Virus record (IMG/VR): IMGVR_UViG_3300050821_002540
Location: 1-64,000 of that record
Reading direction: 5' to 3' (one strand)
Source: a virus
DNA length: 64,000 bases
Shown: positions 55,569-64,000 of the stretch, in pieces
How the letters are laid out: each line of letters opens with the position of its first letter
Position numbering within the stretch: position 1 is the first letter of the stretch
Made by a program: the position numbers and the translations under genes
The notes under the pieces: model-generated
The model's input: the letters and a program-made list of their open reading frames with translations, nothing else
Databases searched by the model: none
What the model was told of the DNA's origin: nothing

Positions 55569-56033
55569 TCAGCCCCTTCCAACTATTGTTGCTATCTTGT
55601 CCTGATGGTTCCTGCTGTCATCCACCCAGTCATCTACCCTGCTGTGGATTCTTACTTCCCTGCGCGGGTTGCCACGCCAGTCACCGCCTACCACGAGAAG
55701 CCGTGGAGGCTTGCCGATCGGCACCCTGTGCTCGTCACTCTTAAAGCACCTGTTTCCAGGCCCATAGATGAACTGGATTAGCTCCATACTTATCCGGTTA
55801 GTTGCGTAGGCCCTCGACTTGTCATGAGTCAGGTAGTGGTACTGCTTCTGGCCCAGTTTCGATGTAAGGTCTACCGTAGTCACGAAGCCCTTGAGGTAAC
55901 CATCACACTCATACTCTTCGCACGTGGCCCTGCGCCAGTGCGTAACGAGCGGGGCACGCATCGAATAGCTCTTGTAGTACTGTGGGCCAGCGACCGGCTG
56001 AATCCTGCCATTACTGAGAAGTGCGCCACGCAT
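55569..56033 (-). CDS. Tail-region protein (ATCEEYEC...CF..H)
   Basis: Coupled ORF in the tail operon. Confidence 0.65.
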   Translation of the reverse strand: MRGALLSNGRIQPVAGPQYYKSYSMRAPLVTHWRRATCEEYECDGYLKGFVTTVDLTSKLGQKQYHYLTHDKSRAYATNRISMELIQFIYGPGNRCFKSDEHRVPIGKPPRLLVVGGDWRGNPRREVRIHSRVDDWVDDSRNHQDKIATIVGRG

Positions 56034-56986
56034 CAGAACGACACCCCAGCAGTCAGGTTCTGTACGAATGTAACCGCGAAGATTGCCTGTGTGAACGTCC
56101 CGGCCGAGACTATCTTGAGGAACTCGTTCACGGTGGCTGTGTTAGCTGTCTGTACACGGTACCCGCCGATAGCTGTCTGACTACCGAAGTCAAGGAGGGT
56201 TGTGTATGAACCTCCTGATGTCGTAGCGTGAGTTACAGTGATATCGATGTTTGTCCCCACTAGCTCTACAATCTGCAGGTACGCCTGACACCCGAACGCA
56301 GTACCTGCACCCTGGTCATAGAACGCACCAGTCGTCGGGCCATTGTCAGTCCTGAGCCCTGCTGTTACCTGACGTCCCCACTCAACACCGAATGCATTAG
56401 CCGCCCAGTCAGCCTTTATGGTGAGGTTCCCGGTATTGTCGCGGTTGGGAGCATAACTGCTTTCCTTAGCAATCATACACGCCGAAGGATTCCCTAGCGC
56501 ATTGCCCTGAAGGTACGAAACGACAACGTCAGCCGACGGCATATTCGCGAGGGCGTTTTGTACTGTTCCGAGCGCGAACCAGTTCCAGGTAGGAGCTGAT
56601 GAGTATGTGATCGAGATCGTTCCGCTGATTGGTACAGAGTACGTACCGGCAGTAGTACCGACCGACACACTGTTAACGAGCACGTTGGTGATAGTACCGC
56701 CAGTGATAGTCACCTTGATCGGGAAGCCGGTCGTATTGGTGACAGGAACGGTAGTAAGCGGTACGCCAGGAGTCGTGATGGTTGGCGTTACCTCAAAGAA
56801 TGAGGTAGCGCTAATCTGTCCATCACGCTGACCATACAGACGAGAGTGCCCCTTCTGTGTAAGAGTGGTAACGTCAAGCAGTGCGATAGCCCCGCTGATC
56901 GTATCGACCGATGCGATGTCGCCGCTCAGGTCGTACCCGCCGACGTAGAAGTTGTCTCCTAGTCCACTTGTCTTATTAGCCACCAT
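56033..56986 (-). CDS. Tail-tube-like structural protein with inserted beta domain
   Basis: YVGGYDLSGD...LDVT...RL.G.RDG. Confidence 0.65.
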   Translation of the reverse strand: MVANKTSGLGDNFYVGGYDLSGDIASVDTISGAIALLDVTTLTQKGHSRLYGQRDGQISATSFFEVTPTITTPGVPLTTVPVTNTTGFPIKVTITGGTITNVLVNSVSVGTTAGTYSVPISGTISITYSSAPTWNWFALGTVQNALANMPSADVVVSYLQGNALGNPSACMIAKESSYAPNRDNTGNLTIKADWAANAFGVEWGRQVTAGLRTDNGPTTGAFYDQGAGTAFGCQAYLQIVELVGTNIDITVTHATTSGGSYTTLLDFGSQTAIGGYRVQTANTATVNEFLKIVSAGTFTQAIFAVTFVQNLTAGVSF

Positions 56987-56987
56987 C

Positions 56988-57185
56988 TTAAAGCATTCCC
57001 TTCAGCATCGGGGCGAGCTTTGCTAGAGCGTCCCCTTGCCCGAACTCCTGTACATATATCATAACCGCACCGTTATAAGTATCAGCATCAATGACTATGC
57101 GAGCTGTTTTGTTTAGCCGTTCCTGGGTAAGAACGCCAGCCTCAACTAGCATCTTCCCGAAGTGCTGGATAGTTATTGCCGTCAT
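56988..57185 (-). CDS. Small hypothetical protein
   Basis: Coupled ORF. Confidence 0.55.
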   Translation of the reverse strand: MTAITIQHFGKMLVEAGVLTQERLNKTARIVIDADTYNGAVMIYVQEFGQGDALAKLAPMLKGML

Positions 57186-57832
57186 CAGGTAACCTCTCCT
57201 AGCATTGCTGACTTAATGTGCCCTACCTGGACCCCAGTATGCAGGTAGATCCTCGCAGACACCCCAGCACACCGCAGGCAGAATGAGATGTCCTCACCGT
57301 GATCCCTACCGCCAATAACACTTTCACGGAACCAGGCAGGCTGCCCACTTGCCCTTTTCTGAATGTTCTCAAATACTGACCGATGCACCATCATGAACCC
57401 AGCTCCGACAGCATCAACCCTCATTACTGATGATTCCGGTACCGGGTCAATGTAGTTCATTGTCATGCTACCTTCACTATCAATGGTAGCCTTGTATGCA
57501 GCCGGGATCTTCTTTCCGTCCCAGAACACATGGTACAATGCGCTGACGACCGGAAGGTCTACTGGGTCAGCAACCTCAAGGAGTCGGCTGACGGAATCCG
57601 TAGAGAACACTATATCAGTATCCACACAACATAGCCACTCATGATCCTTGCCCAGGAACTGCTGAACCAGTAGGTTCCGGCCAAGCGCGAGTAGAGGGCC
57701 TGCAGAGCTTGAGATGACGCCGCCGATAGCCGGGTCAGCATCCGGGCCAGCCACGGCGTTTAGGACAGAGTTCATGAACTCTGCCCGGATTGTACCAGCA
57801 CTCACAAAACCAATAAGAACCTCGCCGCTCAT
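57185..57832 (-). CDS. GT2-like glycosyltransferase in the virion operon
   Basis: RN, VDTD, GAGFMMVHRSVF, GEDISFC and GH.K. Confidence 0.8.
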   Translation of the reverse strand: MSGEVLIGFVSAGTIRAEFMNSVLNAVAGPDADPAIGGVISSSAGPLLALGRNLLVQQFLGKDHEWLCCVDTDIVFSTDSVSRLLEVADPVDLPVVSALYHVFWDGKKIPAAYKATIDSEGSMTMNYIDPVPESSVMRVDAVGAGFMMVHRSVFENIQKRASGQPAWFRESVIGGRDHGEDISFCLRCAGVSARIYLHTGVQVGHIKSAMLGEVT

Positions 57833-58311
57833 GTCGTACTCCCCTGGATAAACATGTCATCGATAATGATTGGGATAGTGATTGTCATCACCCGGAACAT
57901 CTGCCTGTCAATCTCAACGTAACCGGCCTGGGCGCTGAGTGGAACCGAGGCAAACATCCCGAGCAGGTCAACGGACCTAACGCCAGCATCACCGCCGAAG
58001 TTAAAGTCTGCCGACATTGCGCCCATAAGGTCAATGGCGGCCGAGAGGACGCTAGGGTCAATATAGTCAAAAGGCTGCTGCCTGAAGTTTGTGTATATCC
58101 GGGCATATAGCACAACGATACCGCTCGTGGAGTTTAGGCCTGACCCCTTGATCGGCACAACGCTGTTCACCCACACAGAACACTCAAGGCCGTTACCCGG
58201 AGCGTTCTTTGGCTCGTGCTGGTTGACATGCTGAAATCTACCAGTAGCAAGACCATAGCTGACTACTTTGTCAAAGACGGTTGTTACGGCAACATCATTG
58301 AAGTTTGGCAT
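57829..58311 (-). CDS. Tail terminator-like protein
   Basis: Position; HEPK..P...DLLG...FRVM.I.IP.I..D. Confidence 0.65.
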   Translation of the reverse strand: MPNFNDVAVTTVFDKVVSYGLATGRFQHVNQHEPKNAPGNGLECSVWVNSVVPIKGSGLNSTSGIVVLYARIYTNFRQQPFDYIDPSVLSAAIDLMGAMSADFNFGGDAGVRSVDLLGMFASVPLSAQAGYVEIDRQMFRVMTITIPIIIDDMFIQGSTT

Positions 58312-58312
58312 G

Positions 58313-58780
58313 TCATGCCCCATTCATAATTCGGAGGAATGGGGGAAGCTCACGGTAGGCAATAGGCCGGGATATGGCCTCAAGACTTGCCGATATCTTC
58401 CGGAATGCATGATAGCCAGTAAACCGGCGGGGCGGCGGATTCCTCTTGTGTGGCCACACAATAAGGTTCATCTCCGATACGCCCTCGATCCAGTCCCCAT
58501 ACGTGACGGGATCGTCAGATATGACAACCGCATCGGGTACCTGAACGTCATGTATAGCAGCCTGTAGGAAGCCAGCATTTGCCGGCACTGGATTGAACCT
58601 TGGAGTGCCGCCGTGATGGCCAAGGTACATATACTGCGTCTCAAGGTACGCCCTGATCATGGACACGCCCATATCACCAAGAGTTCGCTCAACATGTTCC
58701 TTGAAGCGACCTACCTCACTCTCAGCTAGGCCGGTAACGATCGGGCCGCTAAGGTCAACGGTTATCTCAAGACCTGCCAT
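58313..58780 (-). CDS. Neck/tail-completion protein
   Basis: YGDWIEG...RFTGYHAFR. Confidence 0.65.
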   Translation of the reverse strand: MAGLEITVDLSGPIVTGLAESEVGRFKEHVERTLGDMGVSMIRAYLETQYMYLGHHGGTPRFNPVPANAGFLQAAIHDVQVPDAVVISDDPVTYGDWIEGVSEMNLIVWPHKRNPPPRRFTGYHAFRKISASLEAISRPIAYRELPPFLRIMNGA

Positions 58781-58991
58781 CGGTACCGCCTACATTATGA
58801 CGATGCTTGTGACATACAACATGTCCCTTGTAGAAGAGGCCGAATCGCCAGCAGCCCTTTTCATGACAGTTAACCATACGAACAAGTGCACCGGCAATAG
58901 CAAGCTCGCCAAGGTCACTTCCGAACCCTGACCAGAATCCATAGTAAGGGCCTGTACCATTAACACCGAGGTGGATATAGAGCCAGTTCAT
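58767..58991 (-). CDS. Small protein (YGFWSGFGSD...CH..GCWR.G...CHKH)
   Basis: Coupled ORF. Confidence 0.55.
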   Translation of the reverse strand: MNWLYIHLGVNGTGPYYGFWSGFGSDLGELAIAGALVRMVNCHEKGCWRFGLFYKGHVVCHKHRHNVGGTDGRS

Positions 58992-60091
58992 ATTACTCGC
59001 GTCCTTGCCTTGCGGGTAATCTTGTTGTTCTCCACCCTCTGCCTCAGGTCAGAGATACCGGCTCCGGCCGGTGGGTCACTAACACCATACCCGCCACGGT
59101 TCTGTGTTACTGCCTTCTGCGGGGCCGCCTGACCACCATATGCATTAGGCTCCTGGGTAAGCCACACAACGGCCTCTGCAATAGCTAGCTGCCTTGCGAG
59201 GGATGGCACATCATTGACCACTATTGGGGCGTTGTTGGAGTGTATGGCGGCCGCAGTACCGAGCTGGCCACGGAGGACGTTTATCTGCCTTCGGGCATAG
59301 AGGGTGCCGCTTCCGTGAGATGTCAGGATTGATGCATCCCAGGCCCTCTTGACGACCATTGTATTCCCGACAATACTTTGTATTAGTATCCATTCTGAGT
59401 CTACCTGGAGAACCTCTCCCTGGGTGAACTTCGTGCCATCAGCCACCATGACAATATTGTCTGCAGCGCTAGCGGATGAAAGCCCAGAGTAAGAAATTGT
59501 TGTGTCTATAAATCGTGTTCCTGTTATTATCATCCTCTCCGAGTCAACAATTATGACGTCGCCAACCCCGGTAGACACGCCATCGCTGACGGTTAGGGTA
59601 AGGTCAGTAGCAAGAGCGGAGCTAGCGAGGGTACCGGCCGCCCGCGTCTGCATCCAGTAGCCAAACGTACCCGTTATGGCAATGTCAAGCTGTGGAGTGT
59701 TATTATAGCCAAAGGCAAAGTTCATATCCCGGCGAAGCTCAATCCTGGTAAACGGAGGCCCCTCATTGATCGGATGGCAGATAACAGCCGATACCGGGAT
59801 TACAACAGGATTAGGAAGCAGGCTGCCGGTAGTTACCTGGGTTGGTATTGCAGCCAGCTCGTACTGGTCTAGCCATACCTTCCAGGGGTATGAGTACTGG
59901 TAGTTTGGCCAGTCCCATCGCCGCGTAGCGTCGAGCGGGTAGAACTTCCTGCCGGTCAGGGACTCAACAGCATCGGTAGCGGAACAGATGGCACGGTCAA
60001 CCTGATTGTCGGTGTACGCAGCCTGCTTGACATCGAGTGCCCGGCGTACCTGCTCCCGAGTCGTATAGCATGGCTGATTAACTATAGCCAT
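58988..60091 (-). CDS. Head-to-tail adaptor with duplicated inserted beta repeats
   Basis: YTTREQV...A...VE.LTGRKFYP; GTFGY; two VDSE repeats. Confidence 0.7.
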   Translation of the reverse strand: MAIVNQPCYTTREQVRRALDVKQAAYTDNQVDRAICSATDAVESLTGRKFYPLDATRRWDWPNYQYSYPWKVWLDQYELAAIPTQVTTGSLLPNPVVIPVSAVICHPINEGPPFTRIELRRDMNFAFGYNNTPQLDIAITGTFGYWMQTRAAGTLASSALATDLTLTVSDGVSTGVGDVIIVDSERMIITGTRFIDTTISYSGLSSASAADNIVMVADGTKFTQGEVLQVDSEWILIQSIVGNTMVVKRAWDASILTSHGSGTLYARRQINVLRGQLGTAAAIHSNNAPIVVNDVPSLARQLAIAEAVVWLTQEPNAYGGQAAPQKAVTQNRGGYGVSDPPAGAGISDLRQRVENNKITRKARTRVI

Positions 60092-60158
60092 TCCGTGCCA
60101 TCCCTTACCCTTGCTGTCTTGGCGCCTCTGTCGAGGGGGATTGCTTATTCAGTTAGGG

Positions 60159-60192
60159 GCCGCTAGGTGGGCGGGGGTCCCCACCTAGCGGC
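60159..60192 (-). terminator. 13-bp hairpin after the head genes
   Basis: GCCGCTAGGTGGG/CCCACCTAGCGGC. Confidence 0.6.
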
Positions 60193-60216
60193 GTCTATGG
60201 GACCAGGAAGCCACCA

Positions 60217-60675
60217 CTAGCTGGCACTTCCTCGCTTGCTCCCTTTAGTCACCCGGAGAGTAGCTGCCGCCCCTGCTGGAGCTGAGTCCGCCGAAGAGTC
60301 CTGCTGGCTCTGCTGGCCGGATGTAGTCTCTTGGCCACTGCCATCCGTCGAATGGGCAGAAGAGGATTCCGGGTTCTGAGGCTGGTCCTTGGAGTAGGGG
60401 CTGTCCGTCGTGCGGGCAGGCGACCGGGGGTCGGTCATGGAAGAAGTGCCACTCTTGTCTGGCCTGCTTCCGGATGTCGAGGAGCTGGTACCAGGAGATA
60501 CGTAATCCTCCCTGTCTTCCTGAATGTCTGCTTCCGCTGACCTTGCCGTTGCTAGTCCGAGCTGTTCCTCCTCAGTCTCTGCATTGAAAGCAATCTCTTC
60601 TGTCGACGGATTGTAGTAAGAGACCTTCTCACCGGCAGCACCATTGCTGTATCCGGCATCACTTGCTCTTGGCAT
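60217..60675 (-). CDS. Low-complexity Ser-rich late protein
   Basis: MPRASDAGYSN start; SPGTSSSTS...PARTT motif. Confidence 0.55.
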   Translation of the reverse strand: MPRASDAGYSNGAAGEKVSYYNPSTEEIAFNAETEEEQLGLATARSAEADIQEDREDYVSPGTSSSTSGSRPDKSGTSSMTDPRSPARTTDSPYSKDQPQNPESSSAHSTDGSGQETTSGQQSQQDSSADSAPAGAAATLRVTKGSKRGSAS

Positions 60676-60886
60676 CAGACTTCCTTCCGCCAGTCTTGAC
60701 CTGCGGCTCCGGGGAGACCGTCCCCACCGCCTCATCCTCCTGAGTGCCACTCTCAGGGTCCAGAGCCGCAGGGGCTTCAGTGACCGCGTCCTCGGGCGGA
60801 CGCGGCTTCCTACATTGCGGACATGCATCCAGGCCCATGATGTTTTTGGTGCCGCACTCAATGCAGTCCCAGAAACTTGCCATCAT
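60659..60886 (-). CDS. Zinc-ribbon protein (CIECG...CPQC)
   Basis: Motif; coupled. Confidence 0.6.
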   Translation of the reverse strand: MMASFWDCIECGTKNIMGLDACPQCRKPRPPEDAVTEAPAALDPESGTQEDEAVGTVSPEPQVKTGGRKSDAKSK

Positions 60887-61025
60887 GAAACCTTCCAGGG
60901 TCCCCACTCATTAAGCTTGCTGGTTGCCGGGGATGCCTTCCCGACCTTGATAAGCGTTGCAATCTCGGTTGTGACATCGGCGCTACTCGGCCCGGCTGTT
61001 CCTGAGATCCTTGCCATGATTCCTC

Positions 61026-61550
61026 CTATACTGCGGTTACGCTTGCACCGACAACTAGCGGGACATAGGAGCACGTCCAGCTCATCGCGCCGGTATTGGT
61101 GGCTGATGTAGTTATGGTGATAACGCCCGGCGATACAACCGCAATGCCACCATTAGCAAGCGGTGCTCCAGCCGCCGTATAGGCTGCAATACCGCCACCC
61201 ATCACACCGCTCGCCGGACTCTGCAGCAAGACGGCTGGGGTAGCGGTCCCGGTAAACGGGGCAACAGCAACATATGCACCAACCGGGAGGCTAGCAACCC
61301 CAGTTCCTGCAGTGGCAAGTACGGCCGGTGCCGACGACCCGCCAGTAGGTGTAGCGCCAATTGTAATGGTCGTTGCCGTTGCGGAGCATGCAGTTGTGAC
61401 CAGGCCGGTCAGGCTGGTGATTAGAACAGGACCGACATTGACCGTGAATATGGAAGCCAGTCCCGTCGCCGGGAGAACCTTTGCAGGTTCAAGAACCATT
61501 AGCCCATACTCGCCCTCACGAGCCTGGACGGCCTGATCATATACTGACAT
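61026..61550 (-). CDS. Head-associated structural protein; paralog of 61559 gene
   Basis: FTV...G.V.TA and TGA..W...V.L shared. Confidence 0.65.
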   Translation of the reverse strand: MSVYDQAVQAREGEYGLMVLEPAKVLPATGLASIFTVNVGPVLITSLTGLVTTACSATATTITIGATPTGGSSAPAVLATAGTGVASLPVGAYVAVAPFTGTATPAVLLQSPASGVMGGGIAAYTAAGAPLANGGIAVVSPGVITITTSATNTGAMSWTCSYVPLVVGASVTAV

Positions 61551-61558
61551 TGCCCCTC

Positions 61559-62041
61559 CTAGTTCGTCGTGACCGTTGCAGCCTGGTTGGCACCAAGACC
61601 CACCCAGTGTAGGATCCAGGTAATGGCACCAGTTGTCGAGGCATCAGAGGTGCAGGTAATGATGGTGTTCGCACACTCAAACATTACGAGCGATGAAGGT
61701 GCGCCCGTAGCCACAACCGGGGCCGGAAGTGCAGCCCCAATCTTCTGTGGTAGCACGATCACGGACCCGGCCGCCTGGGCATTCAGGGCTACGGTAGAGC
61801 CAGCCGCAAGTAGGGCAGCACTTCCAGTAATCCCGATTGTCAGGTGCTGGGCAACAGCACCAAGTGCAGTCGAGACAACACCGCATAGTGTCGCCTGGAT
61901 CGAGCCGACCACCGTGAACAGGCTGATCGTGTTTGACTGCGGGTTCGTCTTCCCGAAGCTAACCTGGCATACACCAGGATCGGCATACCCATGGGGCATG
62001 TCGATTGGCCGGATGGCGTACCCGCGAGCAAGGTCAGCCAT
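61559..62041 (-). CDS. Head-associated structural protein
   Basis: Paralog of the 61026 gene. Confidence 0.65.
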   Translation of the reverse strand: MADLARGYAIRPIDMPHGYADPGVCQVSFGKTNPQSNTISLFTVVGSIQATLCGVVSTALGAVAQHLTIGITGSAALLAAGSTVALNAQAAGSVIVLPQKIGAALPAPVVATGAPSSLVMFECANTIITCTSDASTTGAITWILHWVGLGANQAATVTTN

Positions 62042-62044
62042 GGC

Positions 62045-62539
62045 TCACGCTGCCAGGATCGGAAGGTTGGCCGGGCCGCGCTGGTGAACCAGGTCGGACA
62101 GGATCACTGAGCAGGTAACGCCGCCAGACCCACCCATCGTCACGTTGAGGTAGTTGAACGGGTCCGACAGCTCAGTGGTGAAGAGCGTGAACGCTACCTG
62201 CGTAATGGTGAGTGAGGTATAGGTGTTGAGCGCGCTGAACAGGAACGTCTGCGCGGGCAGGCCTGTGAGATACAGACCGGCAATCGTAACGCCGGGGACA
62301 TAGGTAATCTTGCCCCATGCCGCCGTACCGTTGACTGCGGTGCTGTAGTAAAGGTTCTTGATGCACGCCAGGTTCGTGTCACCACCACCGAAGCTGCTAC
62401 GCTCCGTGATGGACACCGACGTGGTAGAGACTCCGGTCACGACAACGAGAGCCGAGCTGGCCTCACGCATCTTGAACGGCTGTCCAGATGCGACCGGGAT
62501 CACATTACAGTTCCGGCCGAGTACTTCCATTCCTGCCAT
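62045..62539 (-). CDS. Head-associated (decoration-like) protein
   Basis: MAGMEVLGR...LSDPF.Y...DL..QR.PANL; AGGAGG RBS; close after the capsid gene. Confidence 0.7.
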   Translation of the reverse strand: MAGMEVLGRNCNVIPVASGQPFKMREASSALVVVTGVSTTSVSITERSSFGGGDTNLACIKNLYYSTAVNGTAAWGKITYVPGVTIAGLYLTGLPAQTFLFSALNTYTSLTITQVAFTLFTTELSDPFNYLNVTMGGSGGVTCSVILSDLVHQRGPANLPILAA

Positions 62540-62598
62540 TTGACTTCCTCCTTGGAAGTGGGTGTCACTGCACTTCTGCTAACTCGGGGCCGGGGGTT

Positions 62599-62895
62599 TT
62601 AATGCCCGGCCCCTACCTGTAAAGCCGGGGCGGGTGCCGCAGGCTTTGGCGCGAATGATGCCTGGATCGACATGCTCAGGAAGCCAGCCGACCCTACACC
62701 CCCATCCGAGTGTCCGCTGACGCCGACCGTATACCGGACATTATGCGTTGCATCCGGCTCGGTCTGGTCCTCAGTAACCACGGTGGTGGCAAAGTCCCTG
62801 GCAAGATCGCCAAGACTATTGCCATTGGTCTGGGCACTCGCGAGTGCTGCAAGGGTCTCGCCCCTGTCACCGGCGGCCGTGAATGAGAAGCTCAC
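62599..62895 (-). CDS. Small protein; likely real end at TTA 62620-62622
   Basis: MSFSF.AAG...SGH; TTA is followed by a hairpin at 62586-62613. Confidence 0.6.
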   Translation of the reverse strand: MSFSFTAAGDRGETLAALASAQTNGNSLGDLARDFATTVVTEDQTEPDATHNVRYTVGVSGHSDGGVGSAGFLSMSIQASFAPKPAAPAPALQVGAGH

Positions 62896-63113
62896 TTGGG
62901 ACTCTCCTTGTAGTGCGTGCCCTCGGCATGGATGACCGGGAAGTCATTGACATTCCTTGTCACCTTGATGTGCTCAGCCTGCCAGGTACCCTCGACCGGA
63001 ACGTGCCCATTGACCACGTACCTGCCATCTGCACTCTTGTCGATAGCGGTACCGACCGGGTCAAGCTCTGCCTTGCCGTCCTTGACCACGACGACGAACG
63101 AGTAGCTCATCAA
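62892..63113 (-). CDS. Small hypothetical protein
   Basis: Coupled to the capsid gene. Confidence 0.55.
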   Translation of the reverse strand: MMSYSFVVVVKDGKAELDPVGTAIDKSADGRYVVNGHVPVEGTWQAEHIKVTRNVNDFPVIHAEGTHYKESPK

Positions 63114-64000
63114 CGGCTCGCAAGCTGAACGAAGGGGGTAAGGGTGTTGGCCGAGTTGTTGTGCGGGGTGATCGGTGACTGGATCCAGGGACGGCCATCC
63201 AGCCGCTCGATGACCCGGAAGGCAGTCTTGTCGTTCTGGAACTTGTAGTGCTCAGAAGACATCGACTGCATCATCTGGCGGTCACCGATGAGGTAGTAGC
63301 CGAAGTCAACGAAGCTGATGTCACCAGTGGTGCCAAGGGCTGGCGTCTTCTCGGTGAAGAACACCGGACGGCCCAGGATGGTAACGGGAGGGGTTGCGGT
63401 GCCGGGGTTAGTGTAGTTACCCATCCAGACCGGGCCACCACCAGTACCGACAGACAGCGCCATCGTCGCGAGTTCTGGGAAGGTGTCGATGGAGCAGATC
63501 CAGACGGCCCGTCCGAGCGCCGTGGGGAGCATCCGGGCGTACATGCCCACGACGTTCTCCCAGACGATCGTCTTGGTTGCCTGGCCCGCCTGAGCGGCCA
63601 CCTGAATGCTGGCCGGGCAGTTTACGAAGCCAAGAGGCTCGCCAACGCCGGTCCCGGTCATGAACGCAATGTCCTCGAACCAGGCAATTGCGCGGGGGAA
63701 GATCGTGTCAAAGAAGCTGCCGAACGCAGGAGCGTCCGCAAGCAGCTCATTGGGAACTTCCGCGTACCCGGTCAGCTTCTTGGCGTCAAGTACGACACGG
63801 CCGAAGCTTGCCTGGCTCTCAACGAGCTGGGCCGCCTCTTCTGTCCAGTAGCAGACAACCCCACCGAAGACCGAGCTCACATTGCTCGTCACGTCGATCA
63901 TGGGGATAGGCACCCGGAGGGAGTCCATCGGGATGACCTGGGCACGAGGCCGCACGATTGCGTCTTCCAGGGCTACCTGGAGGATCTCAGAACGCAGGAC
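63110..64000 (-). CDS. HK97-fold major capsid protein (5' end outside window)
   Basis: WTEE, F..V.L.AKKL.G...VPNELL.D, GTGVGEPLG, ILGRPV, F..D.TAFR...R.DG.PW. Confidence 0.92.
   Translation of the reverse strand, partial: VLRSEILQVALEDAIVRPRAQVIPMDSLRVPIPMIDVTSNVSSVFGGVVCYWTEEAAQLVESQASFGRVVLDAKKLTGYAEVPNELLADAPAFGSFFDTIFPRAIAWFEDIAFMTGTGVGEPLGFVNCPASIQVAAQAGQATKTIVWENVVGMYARMLPTALGRAVWICSIDTFPELATMALSVGTGGGPVWMGNYTNPGTATPPVTILGRPVFFTEKTPALGTTGDISFVDFGYYLIGDRQMMQSMSSEHYKFQNDKTAFRVIERLDGRPWIQSPITPHNNSANTLTPFVQLASR

Overview
A ~64 kb segment of a tailed dsDNA phage, probably infecting an actinomycete. The right arm (39.5-64 kb, minus strand) holds the HK97-fold major capsid protein (cut by the window edge), head-tail joining genes, tail tube, a frameshifted tail chaperone, tape measure, large tail proteins and a DUF1906-type endolysin cassette. 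The left arm (mostly plus strand) holds many small early genes, a primase-polymerase/helicase, RuvC-like resolvase, ParB-like protein, SNF2 helicase, Cas4-like exonuclease/AAA ATPase/SSB, a split DnaE polymerase, a nucleotide-modification set (TAGT-like glycosyltransferase, flavoprotein, ThyX-like, Nmad1-like, MazG-like, DUF4406) and a secreted Rpf-like + NlpC/P60 pair. No integrase, CRISPR array or rRNA was seen. The main unexplained signals are: (1) in-frame TTA codons occur only at gene ends, often as TTATG overlapping the next ATG, so TTA behaves like a fourth stop codon; (2) sharp TG/CA-depleted islands cover the first gene, many promoters, putative host-protein sites and one recoded stretch inside a virion gene, suggesting sequence-specific DNA hypermodification with protected windows; (3) a shared GGAGGCGA ribosome-binding motif has complementary sequences displayed in hairpin loops; (4) there is an array of CCA-ended tRNA-like stems; (5) MtrA-like boxes lie upstream of the Rpf/NlpC operon. 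All counts were made by eye and all protein calls rest on motif recognition, not database searches.
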